Assembly (NCBI GenBank): GCA_963804955.1
Contig: CAWDSQ010000008.1
Span: forward strand, 32,001-96,000
Source: an uncultured delta proteobacterium
GTDB taxonomy: Bacteria; Desulfobacterota; WTBG01; CAIYCZ01; CAIRTM01
DNA: 64,000 nucleotides
Direction: 5' to 3'
In this document: piece by piece, positions 39,840-50,588 of the stretch
How positions within the stretch are numbered: position 1 is the first letter of the stretch
Layout: the number at the start of each line of letters is the position of its first letter
Notes under the pieces: generated by a model
What the model was told of the DNA's origin: nothing
Databases searched by the model: none
The model's input: the letters and a program-made list of their open reading frames with translations, nothing else
Program-made: the position numbers and the translations under genes

Positions 39840-40015
39840 AAGTTCGGAGTTGGGAGCAATTAGTTCGGAGTTCGGAGTTGGGAGTTCGGAGAAAAAACAA
39901 ACCAAACTCATAACTCCGAACTTTATTAGTCCGAACTCCAAACGCCCACTCGAACTCCCTACTCCGAACTGTCTTATCTCCATGTTCCGAACACCGAACT
40001 CCTCACTCCGAACTA
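39840..40015. repeat. Inverted heptamer arms (AGTTCGG)n ... (CCGAACT)n
   Basis: Complementary tracts at 39840-39890 and 39910-40015. Confidence 0.8.
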
Positions 40016-40036
40016 GCGGGCGTGGGCACCGCGCCC

Positions 40037-40397
40037 CTACTTCTTCAAAGAACTCATAAGCCCACTGAGCATTTTTGATAGTTCAGCACACCAATTCCTT
40101 GAGTAGTTCTCTGTTTTGACTATCCATAAAATGCTGCCTGTATGCTATCTCGGTTACAGCAACACATTCACGGGCTGAACGCCGTGAAATTTTTAAAAAC
40201 TGGTTGAATTCTGGTTTGCTCCCGCCGGTTCCTTCTGCAATATTTAAACAAATGGATATTGCAGCTCTTCTGAATTGATCCGTTAAAGAAAATGCTTCAG
40301 CCTTTGGAAAACCTTTTGTAATGGCATATACAAAATCAACATACTCCAGAGCCTTTTGATATACCTGCAACTCCTCAAAAGAAAATTTTTCTGCCAT
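40037..40397 (-). CDS. Four-helix-bundle protein (23S rRNA IVS protein / Avd-like family); frameshift near the 3' end
   Basis: FEEL.VYQKA...TKGFPK.E.FSL.DQ.RRAA.SI..NIAEG; the shifted frame ends ELSKMLSGLMSSLKK at a TAG inside a REP. Confidence 0.85.
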
Positions 40398-40529
40398 TTT
40401 TCACCTTTCTAATTTTGTCTCCCAACTCCGAACTCCCAACTGTCTTTAGGTCTCTGCTCCGAACTCCCAACTCCGAACTCTAAACTCCCAACTCCCGACT
40501 CCAAACTAGCGGGCGCGGGCACCGCGCCC

Positions 40530-40975
40530 CTACTCCGGAAACCGGTTCCAGGCCAGCCAGTAGTAGCCGAATGCCTCCAGCAGCTGTGGTGAATTTTTCA
40601 AAATCGACAGGCTTCACCAGATAGCTGCAGGCGCCGTTGCTATAGGAATTGACCATGTCGGATTCCGCTCCTGATGTCGTGAGCACGACCGTCGGTATGT
40701 GTTTCAGATGGTCATCTTTCTTTATGCGGCGCAGCACTTCTAGTCCGTCTACTTTCGGCAGGCGCAAGATCAAGCAGAATAAGGTGCGGCATCGGATTGG
40801 CTGCCTGATCGGCATAGCCGTTCTGCCGGAACAGATAGTCAAGGGCTGCCTGCCCGTCTGTTACATGCACAATGCGGTTTGCTACGCGAAAGTCCTCAAG
40901 ATTTCGTCTGACGATTTCGGCATGCGCCATGTCATCTTCAACCAGCAGAATAATAATGGGGTCGCCTTTAACCAT
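40530..40975 (-). CDS. Single-domain response regulator (Rcp1-like), frameshifted
   Basis: ILLVEDD..HAE, DG.AALDYL, LILLDL / LPKVDGLEVL, IP.VVLTTS, YLVKPVDF across two frames. Confidence 0.8.
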
Positions 40976-41186
40976 GAGAGGGTCTCCTTTTTGTTAATAG
41001 TTATGAGTTCTGAGTTCGGAGTTCAGAGTTAGAAATCAGAGTTCGGAGTTCGGAGTATTAAATCACACTTATCGTAAATCCGGAATTTTAAACCTTGCCT
41101 TATGTCTTCACTCCGAACTCCTTTATGTCTTAACTCCGAACACTCGCTTCGTACAGTCTTCATGTCTTCGAACTCCGAACTCCGAA

Positions 41187-43537
41187 TCATGACTCCGAAC
41201 TCTTCCGCGGTAGCGTGAAGTAGAAGCACGCCCCCTTGCCGGGTCCCTCCGACTCAACCCAGATTGTGCCGCCATGCGCTTCAATGATACGCTTCACCAG
41301 AGCAAGGCCCAGGCCCGAGCCCTCCATGCCGGAATTGAGTTTTTCGAATAATCCGAAGAGCTTATCTGTGTGCCGCGGTTCGATGCCCATGCCATTGTCG
41401 CGCACAAAGCACATGCATATCGCCATTCTTTTTTTCTGCGCCGATCTCAATGAGCGGCGCCTTCTGCTCGCCCATGAACTTAACGGCATTGTCCAGCAGG
41501 TTCTGAAACACCTCCACCAGCCGCACCCGGTCGCCGAAGAGCAGAACGGGTTTTTCCGTTACCGTTACGCGCACGCCCCGCTCGTCGATTCTGCCTGCAA
41601 CCAGGGCAAGGGCCTCCTGCACGATGTCCTGCAGCGGCGCTTCAACAGAGGGGTTGGCCATGCGCCCGATGCGCGATAACTGAAGCAGCTCATCGAGCAA
41701 TGCAACCATTTTTTGAGAGGCCGTGTTGATATAGCCCAGATCCTGCGCCACCTGCTCCTGGTCGCCCTGGCCATATCCTCTGCGAGATGGCCCATAAAAG
41801 TTCTGATCGTCACCAGCGGGCTTCGCAGGTCATGGGATACCGAGTAGGTGAAGCGCTCCAGCTCGTCGTTTTTTGCCTGCAGAGCTTCTTCAGCCTGCTT
41901 GCGCTCGGTAATGTCGCGCATGATGTGAACAAATCCGGTTATTTTTCCGTCTGGCGCTTTGATCGGGTCAGCCACCACAAGAAAAAATTTTTCGCCAGCC
42001 GAAAACTCCAACATTTCGCGCACGCCGCTTGCCCGTGCTTTGACGATCGGGCAATCCGGGATAGGGTTTTCGGCGTGGTGAATAAGCTGGTGGCATTTTC
42101 CTCCCCAGCACAGCCGGGTAATCAAGACCAAAGAAATCAACAAAAGCGCGATTGCACTGCTCGACAGTACCATCAATGCTTAAAAGCGCTACGGGATCAA
42201 GAATGGCGTCGAAGGTGGCGCGCCATTTCTCGCTGGCCTGCCGGAGGCGATTCCTCCATTTTTTTGCGCTCGGTGATATCGCGGGCAGTTGAAATTGCCC
42301 CTGTCCGACGTTTCCCCCGGCGTCCTTGAGTACATGGCACCACCAGGCAAGCAATCGCTTCTGCCCGTCGCGGCGGCGCTGCCAGCTTTCAACATAAACC
42401 GTTTCTTCATTTCCTTGAAAAATATCCGGACCCTGTCATAGGTTGCCTGTTTGCCTTCAAAATAGAAGGCTGCCTCCTGCCGACCACATTATCGCCGAAG
42501 AACTCAATGCCAGCCTTGTTGGCCCAGGCATAGACCTTATTGGCGTCAACTTCCATGATGACATCCGTTATAGCGGCAAGCAGGGCCTCCTGCCGGTTGG
42601 CAAAGGCTTTTAGCTGCTGTTCAGCCTGCCTGCTTCGGGTGATATCGTGCAGGGTGACATATACCTGAAAGGGCGAGTTTTCACCGGGCCGGAACTGGGG
42701 AATAGCATTGACTATCGTCCATGTATACTCTTTGGTGCAGGGGTTCAGGATTCCGACCGTCATGTCCTTAACCGGCAGTCCTGTTCGTAAAGCAGCCATT
42801 GAAGGATGCTCATCGCCGGGCAGCAGGCCGCCGTCGTCCCGTATAACGCTCCAGGCGGGGGTGAGGGAGGTCCGTTCCAGAAACTCCTGCCGCGTCAGCC
42901 CGAAAATCTGCAGGGCCGCCGGGTTCACGTCTGTGAGACGGCCGTCGGCAGCCTGGTAAAAAGCGCCCTGCGACATGCCTTCAAACAGGGTCCGGTATTT
43001 TTCTTCGCTCCACCACAGGGTTTCCTCATCCCGCTTACGCTGGATGATTTCCTGCTCCAGCGCCAGCATTTTGTGCTCCAGCTTTCGAATAAGGGTCTCG
43101 TTGTACATCCGGTAATAGACTGTTTCATCATCAATACGGCATGGGGGCGAAGGGATATGGCCGGCCTGGTCAGCCTCCATAACCTGCCGCACAGAGTCTA
43201 AGAAAACCTCCGGTTCCATCGGCTTGACGATAAAACGGGCAGCTCCCAGACGTAAGGCCAGTTCTTCGTCCCTGGGGTCGGTATAGGTGGCTGTGTAAAT
43301 AATCAGGGGTATGTTTTGCAACAGGCTGTCGTGTTTCCATTCCCGCAGCAGGGCAAAACCATCCATCGTCGGCATCAGAATATCGGAAATTGCAATATCC
43401 GGAGGGTTGCTCCGGGCCAGCTCAAGTGCTTCGGCACCGTTTCTGGCGCTGATGACCTCAAAGCCATCGCCTTCAAGAATGGACCGGAGCAGATATATAT
43501 TCTGCTCGAGATCATCAACGATGAGGGCTTTTTTCAT
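41187..43537 (-). CDS. REC-(PAS)n-histidine kinase broken into about five ORFs by frameshifts
   Basis: REC and PAS in 42407-43702; FTYSVSHDLRSPL, VFQNLLDNAVKF and GSGLGL in successive frames. Confidence 0.75.
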
Positions 43538-43620
43538 GATGCACCTTCTCGCATTTTTAAAGTTCAAGGTTAAAAGTTTAATCCGCCGCGGCGGAGCATA
43601 CGCCCCTTCCGCTTCCGTCT

Positions 43621-43915
43621 TCCCTCCCCTGGTGGGAGGGACCGAGGGAGGGGGCCTATAATCTTCAATGCTTTTGTCTTTCTTCCTGTATCTGAATACC
43701 ATTCTCCATCTTGAATTGATTTTAGGATTTTAATCCCCCTCCCTTTCATTCCCTCCCACCAGAGACTGTGTCGCAATTAACTTTGCTGTCATCTCGACCG
43801 AAGGGAGAGATCTTTGTAGTAAGTAAAATCAAGGGCTTAAGATTTCTCACCGCCTGCGGCGGATTCGAAATGACATTAATAAATCAATTGTGACACAGCC
43901 TCCCAAGGGGAGGGA
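43621..43915. mobile_element. Non-coding derivative of the DUF559-type element; similar copy at 50292-50432
   Basis: Same terminal arms and shared internal ATAATCTTCAATGCTTTTGTCTTTCTTC. Confidence 0.6.
43762..43902. mobile_element. 141-bp MITE with 17-bp TIRs and a CCA target duplication
   Basis: GAGACTGTGTCGCAATT ... AATTGTGACACAGCCTC (15/17); CCA on both sides; interrupts the arm CCCTCCCACCA|GGGGAGGG. Confidence 0.7.
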
Positions 43916-44151
43916 AAAATACATCATGAATCTTGAATCTCTTCACTACCAACTCCGAACTGCCTTTTCGTCTTCACTCCGAACTCCCAACTCAAGGGCG
44001 GGAGAACCCCGCCCCTACGTTTTTAACCTTGAACCTTAAACGTTTTTTTCAACCTTGAACCTTGAACTGTTGAACCTTGAACTTCATTTTTCAACCTTTA
44101 ACTTTTTTCTTAACCATGAACCTCTTTGCTCCCAACCCTTTTTCCCGTCAG

Positions 44152-44519
44152 TTACAAATACTGTGCAACTTCTGAAACAAATGTTTCGGGATTGATGGGC
44201 TTTTCAATGTATCCGGTGCATCCGGCCTTTAAAACCCGCTCGCGGTCTCCGACCATGGCATATGACGTCACGGCCACAATAGGCACTTCGGCCAATGCCG
44301 GATTTTTTCTCAATGCTTCAGCGACAGCATAGCCGTCCATGCCGGGAAGATGGATATCTAAAAGAATGAGCGCAGGGTTAACCTGGCCTGCCAGCGCAAT
44401 GCCGGTCTCCCCATCCCGCGCAGGCAACAAACTCCGGTAGCCGTCTTTTTCTCAAGGATAAACTGTTGGCAAGATAGCAGATTCTGTTCATTGTCCTCAA
44501 TGATAAGAATTGTTTTCAT
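44152..44519 (-). CDS. Single-domain response regulator (DivK-like), frameshifted
   Basis: MKTILIIEDNEQN; ILLDIHLPGMDGY, VAVTSYAMVGDRE..L.AGC.GYIEKPI. Confidence 0.8.
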
Positions 44520-46560
44520 GCGCTGCCCCTACGTTTTTAACTTTGAACTTTTGAACCTTGAACTTCTTTACTCCGTAACTCAAGCCCCCAGACCCTGACA
44601 CCTGTTCAATGGGCAGCGTAAATATAAATGTGCTGCCAACGCCCGGCTCGCTTTCAACTCTGATGCTTCCCCCCAGCATCTCCACCAGTTTTTTGCAAAT
44701 CGATAGCCCGAGCCCGGTTCCTTCATGGCTGCGGGTCAGGCCGGTATCGATCTGCCGGAAAGGTTTGAAAAGTTTGTCCATGTCCTGTTGCCCGATGCCG
44801 ATGCCGGTATCGCGGATGCGCGTTTCCAGCCGGCCTTCATTGATCCTGCAATCAATATGCACCTCTCCGTGTTCGGTGAACTTAACAGCATTACTGACAA
44901 GATTGATCAAAATCTGCTTCACCCGGCGGTTGTCGCTCTCTACGATGCCCACCGTCGATGCGATGGCGGCGGAAAGAGACAGCCCTTTTTTTGCCGCCTG
45001 TGGCATAACGGTTTGCAGAACATCCTCGACTGCCAGACGCAGGTCAAAAGGTTGTTTGACGATCTCCAGCTGTCCGGCCTCAATTTTTGAAATATCCAGC
45101 ACATCATTGATCAACGCCAGCAAATGGCGTGCGCTGTCCCGGATCATGGTGAGCTGTTTGGTTTGCTCCTCATTGAGCGGGCCGGCCAGAAGCTGAAGAA
45201 GAATGCCTGTAAATCCAATGATCGAGTTGAGCGGTGTGCGCAGTTCATGAGACATGGTGGCGAGAAACGCCGATTTGAGGTGGTCTGCGTCCTGTGCCCG
45301 TTCCATGGCGACTTTGAGTTCTTCCGTGCGCCTTGCCACGCTTTGTTCCAGTTCGGCGGCATGCTGCTTAATTGTTTCGTGCAAGCGGGTATTCTGTAGA
45401 CCCGCGGTCACCTGGTCGGCAAGGGCCTCCAGAAATATGGCTTGCTGTTCAAAATCGCGCTGCTCGATTGAGGCCAGACCGAGTGCGCCGATGACCTCAT
45501 CTCCGCTGTGCAGGGGCAGGGCTGCAAAGGAACGCACCATTGCGTTCCTGTCTGTTTCACCGGCGCAGCGGGCATCTGTAGGAATGTCGCGAAAGTACAG
45601 GGCGCGGCCTGATTGTACTGCCAGGCCGCACAAGCGCCTGCCCACAGGAAGGCCGGGTACGCAAGTATGATTGATGTGGCTATCTTGAGGGGCTTCGGCC
45701 TGAAGCCTTAAATCGCCTCCTTCGCGCACAAACAGAAACGCTTGATCCGGTGATACTGCCGTAAGCGTTTCCTCCAGCGCAGCCTGCGTGACCAGGGACA
45801 GTTCCAGGCTGGCGTTTACTTTACTACTCAGGGCATTGAGGGCTGCCAGTTGTTGAGTTCTTTGATTGAGCGTTTTCTCGGCCAGCTTGCGCTCGGTGAT
45901 ATCGTGCAGGGTGACATATACCTGAAAGGGCGAGCTTTCACCGGGCCGGAACTGGGGAATAGCATTGACTATCGCCCATGTATACTCTTTGGTGCTGGGG
46001 TTCAGGATTCCGACCGTCATGTCCTTAACCGGCAGTCCTGTGCCTAAAGCAGCCATTGAAGGATGCTCATCACCGGGCAGCAGGCCGCCGTCTTCCCGTA
46101 TGACGCTCCAGGCGGTGGGGAAGGAGGCCCGTTCCAGAAACTCCTGCCGCGTCAGCCCGAACATCCGCAGGGCCGCCGGGTTCACGTCTGTGAAACGGCC
46201 GTCGGCAGCCTGGTAAAAAGCGCCCTGCGACATGCCTTCAAATAATGTCCGGTATTTTTCTTCATTCCGGCGCAGTTCCAGACTGCTGTCTCGAAAATCT
46301 TTAAACATCCGGGTCATAAAAAGGATTGCCAGAAAAAAAAGCAGGGAAATGAGCAGCGTAAGTATCTCTGGAGCGGCAAGCTCTTTGCCGGTGGAAAGAG
46401 ATTCTCCCAGCGTGCCGGTGCGGCGCCCAACGATCAGCAGCGCTGAAATCACGAGAAGCACCCACGGCAGCCTGCGGGGTGCATAACGAATTTGTGCCAA
46501 TGCGATAACAGCCGCCGTGGCCTGCAGCAGGATGCCTAAGATGTAAACAGTTGCGTTCAT
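44497..46560 (-). CDS. Membrane PAS-GAF-histidine kinase
   Basis: Three N-terminal TM segments, PAS, GAF, FLATMSHELRTPL, NLVSNAVKFT, GTGLGL. Confidence 0.9.
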   Translation of the reverse strand: MNATVYILGILLQATAAVIALAQIRYAPRRLPWVLLVISALLIVGRRTGTLGESLSTGKELAAPEILTLLISLLFFLAILFMTRMFKDFRDSSLELRRNEEKYRTLFEGMSQGAFYQAADGRFTDVNPAALRMFGLTRQEFLERASFPTAWSVIREDGGLLPGDEHPSMAALGTGLPVKDMTVGILNPSTKEYTWAIVNAIPQFRPGESSPFQVYVTLHDITERKLAEKTLNQRTQQLAALNALSSKVNASLELSLVTQAALEETLTAVSPDQAFLFVREGGDLRLQAEAPQDSHINHTCVPGLPVGRRLCGLAVQSGRALYFRDIPTDARCAGETDRNAMVRSFAALPLHSGDEVIGALGLASIEQRDFEQQAIFLEALADQVTAGLQNTRLHETIKQHAAELEQSVARRTEELKVAMERAQDADHLKSAFLATMSHELRTPLNSIIGFTGILLQLLAGPLNEEQTKQLTMIRDSARHLLALINDVLDISKIEAGQLEIVKQPFDLRLAVEDVLQTVMPQAAKKGLSLSAAIASTVGIVESDNRRVKQILINLVSNAVKFTEHGEVHIDCRINEGRLETRIRDTGIGIGQQDMDKLFKPFRQIDTGLTRSHEGTGLGLSICKKLVEMLGGSIRVESEPGVGSTFIFTLPIEQVSGSGGLSYGVKKFKVQKFKVKNVGAAHENNSYH

Positions 46561-46614
46561 GGTGCTCACCTTCAAGGTTCAAGAAAAATCAATTCATGAT
46601 TTCTGATTCATGAT

Positions 46615-46685
46615 TGATGCCGCCGTAAAAAGTCCCAGCGGTTGTCATGCAATGACAGTTTTTTTAACTTTTTACGACTTCATCA
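46615..46685. mobile_element. Miniature inverted-repeat element remnant
   Basis: TGATGCCGCCGTAAAAAGT ... ACTTTTTACGACTTCATCA (16/19 inverted match). Confidence 0.5.
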
Positions 46686-46879
46686 TGATTGAAAATAAAA
46701 ATAACTGATTTAGAACGTGGAATAGTTTAGCCTCTCTCAATTTTGAATTTTGAATCCGGAATTTTGAATCTTGAATTTTTTCTCCCTACTCCGAACTCAT
46801 GCCTCCGAACTATGGGATGCGGGCACCGCGCCCCTACTTCCCCTTGACATTTGCCGGTCATCTATCATATATAATAACC

Positions 46880-47131
46880 ATGCAGCTAAACATCGAAATC
46901 AAGACATCTCTGAAGCGTGAATACAGCTTGTGCACTCATGCTGTCGCCTTTTATAAAAAATCGCTGAGTGAATTTGAGCAAAAATATCATCTTACCACCT
47001 CGGCGTTTTTGAAGAAATTTGAGGCAGGCCGCATGGGTGATGAATCCGATTTCTTCGACTGGTACGCCTTCGCGAAGCTTCTCACCCGTTGGCAAAAAAC
47101 ACGCTCAACCATCCAGTCGACAGTACGATGA
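46880..47131 (+). CDS. Putative antitoxin
   Basis: FEQKY.LTT..FL.KFEAG.MGDE.DFFDW; ATGA overlap with the next gene; TTGACA at 46844. Confidence 0.6.
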   Translation: MQLNIEIKTSLKREYSLCTHAVAFYKKSLSEFEQKYHLTTSAFLKKFEAGRMGDESDFFDWYAFAKLLTRWQKTRSTIQSTVR

Positions 47132-47505
47132 TACAAAGATTTGTTGCGCGTTTCGAACAAAGTATCACCTCACATCCCGTTGCTTTATCCTCAGACATCA
47201 AAAAATATTTCAGCCCGCATGATGATGCTGTATATATTCGTGGCGTCGTGCTTTTTACCGATGCTTCATCCCTTGAACTTTCACTTTTCATTCAAAAAAC
47301 AGGCCGTACGCTTTCTGTCGACAAGTACAGGTTCCATTATATGGATCGCCAGAACCGCATGATTTTCCGCTATGATAATGCCCCGCATCATCCCGATCTG
47401 ACCTCTTTTCCCCATCATAAGCACATAAGCAACCGTACAATTGCGGCCTCTTTTAAAGAACTGCCTGACATTCTTGAAGAAATCAGCGCAATTATTTTGC
47501 AATAA
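47128..47505 (+). CDS. DUF6516/TumE-family putative toxin
   Basis: F.D.S.L, KYRFHY.......IFRYDNAPHHP...SFPHHKH. Confidence 0.75.
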   Translation: MIQRFVARFEQSITSHPVALSSDIKKYFSPHDDAVYIRGVVLFTDASSLELSLFIQKTGRTLSVDKYRFHYMDRQNRMIFRYDNAPHHPDLTSFPHHKHISNRTIAASFKELPDILEEISAIILQ

Positions 47506-47737
47506 GACAGGTTCAAGTTTTAAAAGTTCAAGGTTTTGTTTTTATTTTTTCAATATTGAACATTGAACCTTCCAACTTTGAACATCTTTTCTGTTTTCAA
47601 CATTGAACCTTAAACGTTTTTTTTAACCTTGAACCTTTGAACTTTGAACCTCTTTTTTGAACCTTGAACGTTTTTGCTTCGAACACCGAACTCATAACTC
47701 CGAACTATAGGCCGTTCAGCCAGACGCCACTACGACC

Positions 47738-48646
47738 TTACTCCTTTCCCGCCAGACAAACGCGGTTGCGCCCCCTGTCTTTCGCTTCATACAGGGCGGC
47801 ATCAGCTTCTGCCAGCAGCTCATTCTCTGTCATATTTCCATGCCACACCGCCACACCGATACTGAGAGTGATCCACAGATTCCCCTGCCTGGTGGGTATC
47901 GGATTGCCGGCAATTGCAGTTCGCAAACGCTCATAGACGAGGCTCACAGCCTGTCCTTTGATGTTTGTTGCTATCACCGCAAACTCTTCTCCGCCGAGGC
48001 GGCCCAGATAGTCGTACTGCCGCAGGCTGCCTTCCAGAAGGCGAACAAGTCCGCACAGCACCTCATCGCCCACCTGATGTCCATATGCATCATTCACCTG
48101 TTTGAAATGATCAACGTCGCACATGCCCACGGTCAAGCCGCTGCTTATCCGCCTTTCTCTGGCAAGCTCACGGGTCAGAGCCTCCAGAATGGCCCTCCGG
48201 TTGAGAACGCCCGTGAGCGAGTCGTGCGCGGCCTGGTGAGCAAGCGCATTTCGTGCATCCAGCAGCTTGTTCTGCATTTCAATCAGGCGCCGCCCCGCGT
48301 TTATTCTGGCCCTCAGTTCGCCGGCGTCAAAGGGTTTAGCAAGATAGTCGACAGCGCCGGCCTCAAGACCGGTAATTATGTCGGCCTTTTCTCCTTTTGA
48401 TGTCAACATGATGATGTGCGGCGGCTGGTCCGTTTCCACCTGCCGGATGCGGCGGCACAACTCCATGCCATCGAGTTCAGGCATCATCCAGTCGAGAATA
48501 ACTATCCGGGGTGCGTCATGCTGCTGCATGGCCTGCCAGGCTTCAGCACCGTTTGCCGCAGTCACCACCTCATAGCCGCACTTTTCCAGAAGTGCTGTGA
48601 GAACGGTACGAGACAGGGGGTCATCATCAGCAATTAAAATTCTCAT
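47738..48646 (-). CDS. REC-GGDEF diguanylate cyclase
   Basis: HDSLTG..NRR, DVDHFKQVND.YGH..GDEVL, RQYD I-site, GGEEF. Confidence 0.93.
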   Translation of the reverse strand: MRILIADDDPLSRTVLTALLEKCGYEVVTAANGAEAWQAMQQHDAPRIVILDWMMPELDGMELCRRIRQVETDQPPHIIMLTSKGEKADIITGLEAGAVDYLAKPFDAGELRARINAGRRLIEMQNKLLDARNALAHQAAHDSLTGVLNRRAILEALTRELARERRISSGLTVGMCDVDHFKQVNDAYGHQVGDEVLCGLVRLLEGSLRQYDYLGRLGGEEFAVIATNIKGQAVSLVYERLRTAIAGNPIPTRQGNLWITLSIGVAVWHGNMTENELLAEADAALYEAKDRGRNRVCLAGKE

Positions 48647-48909
48647 TGCAAAGGCCTGTTAATTATTTTTGCTTTTTAAACCTCGAACTTCTTCACTACC
48701 AACTCCGAACTCATGACTCACAACTTTAGGGCACGGGCACCGTGCTACGCTCCCAACTCCGAACTGTCTTTACGTCTTCGCTCCGAACTCCGAACTCAGG
48801 GGCGGGACGACCCCGCCCCTACGTTTTAACCTTGAACCTTGAACTGTTGAACCTTGAACTTCATTTTTCAACCTTGAACCTTGAACGTTTTTTACTCCCC
48901 ACTCCGAAC

Positions 48910-50190
48910 TCATGACTCCGAACTCTTCCGCGGTAGCGTGAAGTAGAAGCACGCCCCTTTGCCGAGGCCCTCCGACTCAACCCAAATCCTGCCGCCATGA
49001 ACTTCCACTATGCGCTTCACCAGGGCAAGGCCCAGGCCCGTGCCCGATGAATCAGGATCGAGTTTTTCGAATATGCCGAACAGTTTATGCTTGTGCCGCG
49101 GATCAATGCCCATGCCGTTATCGCGCACATAGCACACGATTTCACCCGACTTCATTTCCGCGCCGATTTCAATTAGCGGCTTGGTTTGCTCTCCCATGAA
49201 CTTAGCGGCATTATCAATAAGATTTTGGAAAATCTCCACAATTCGAACACGGTCGCCGTACAGCAAAACGGGTTTTTCCGTTATCGTTACCTGCGCGCCC
49301 CGTTTGTCAATGCGTCCTGCGGTCAGGCTAAGCGCCTCCTGCACAATTTCCTGCAGGGGCGCTTCAACGGACGGCGTTATGACGCGCCCGATCTGCGAGA
49401 ATTTCAGAAGTTCATCAAGCAGCGCATCCATTTTCTCCGCCGCAGAATTTATATAGGCAAAATCCTGAACCATACGGCCCGTGTCATTATCAGCCAGGTC
49501 CTCCACAAAATGCCCCAGGAAAGTTCTGATGGTCACCAGGGGGGTTTTCAGGTCATGGGCGACGGAACGGGCGAAGCGCTCCAGGTCGGCATTTTTTTCG
49601 TTCAGTGCGGCCCTGGCCTGACTGTGCTCGGTTATGTCGCTCAGTACGGCACGGCATACGGGTGTGCCGGTTTTTGTATCCTGTGCCACGTTCGCCTCTA
49701 TGCGTGCATGGAAGGGTGCGCCGCCTTGTTTGAGCATCCGTATATCAAATGCCTGGTTCTCCTGCGTTTCAAAAAGTTTTTTGAAGCACAGATAGTAGAG
49801 GTCGACATCCTCGGTAAGCATATAGCGCGACAGGGGGTGCCTGAGCAGTTTGCTTCTGTCAACGCCGAGCAGCGAACATGCCGTGAGATTGGCCTCAAGG
49901 ATCAGGCCTTTTTCACTGAGGGTGAAATACCCTACCGGGGCCAAATCATACAAATCAAAGTACCGCAGCAAGGTGTTTTTCAGCTCCTCCTGAACCCGCC
50001 GCAGCTCATCGTTTTGCATCTCAAGTTCGATCTGGTGCACCTCAAGCTCATGGTTGAGGTGCTGTGCTTCCTCGGGCATGACAGGCCCTTGGTCGATGTG
50101 CTGCCTGCGCAGGGCATCTTCGGCCTTTTGTCGCAGAGCAGCGGCCTGCGAAGTCGGGGTTTCAGTGGGCTTATTTTTCTTTTTCGCCAT
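48910..50190 (-). CDS. PAS histidine kinase
   Basis: ELEVHQIELEMQN coil, PAS, VAHDLKTPL, FQNLIDNA, GTGLGL. Confidence 0.9.
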   Translation of the reverse strand: MAKKKNKPTETPTSQAAALRQKAEDALRRQHIDQGPVMPEEAQHLNHELEVHQIELEMQNDELRRVQEELKNTLLRYFDLYDLAPVGYFTLSEKGLILEANLTACSLLGVDRSKLLRHPLSRYMLTEDVDLYYLCFKKLFETQENQAFDIRMLKQGGAPFHARIEANVAQDTKTGTPVCRAVLSDITEHSQARAALNEKNADLERFARSVAHDLKTPLVTIRTFLGHFVEDLADNDTGRMVQDFAYINSAAEKMDALLDELLKFSQIGRVITPSVEAPLQEIVQEALSLTAGRIDKRGAQVTITEKPVLLYGDRVRIVEIFQNLIDNAAKFMGEQTKPLIEIGAEMKSGEIVCYVRDNGMGIDPRHKHKLFGIFEKLDPDSSGTGLGLALVKRIVEVHGGRIWVESEGLGKGACFYFTLPRKSSES

Positions 50191-50588
50191 GGGTCATGCC
50201 TTTAAGTTCCAGGGTTCAAAAAAAAAGATGTTCAAGGTTCAAAAAGTATTCTTAAATTTTGAATCCGTTTACTCCGAAATTTTTTCCGTCTTCCCTCCCC
50301 TTGTGGGAGGGACCGAGGGAGGGGGCCAATAATCTTCAATGCTTTTGTCTTTCTTCTTGTCTCATGAAGCAGCAATCCTGAATTGATTTTAAGATTTAAA
50401 TCCCCCTCCCTGTATCTTTCCAACCAGGGGAGAAAAAAATACATTTTGAATCTAGAATCCGGAATCCTGAATCTCTTCACTCCGAACACCCAACTCCGAA
50501 CCCAGGGCAGGTTTGAAACCTGCCCCAACACTCCGAACTCACAACTTTAGGGCACGGGAACCGTGCCCCTACGCTCCGAACTCCGAAC

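Noticed and set aside
33572..40397. Diversity-generating retroelement (Avd-like gene plus near-identical repeats)
   Set aside because: No reverse transcriptase in the window; the few mismatches in the 517-bp REC duplicate are not adenine-specific, and the repeats are N-terminal or internal domains.
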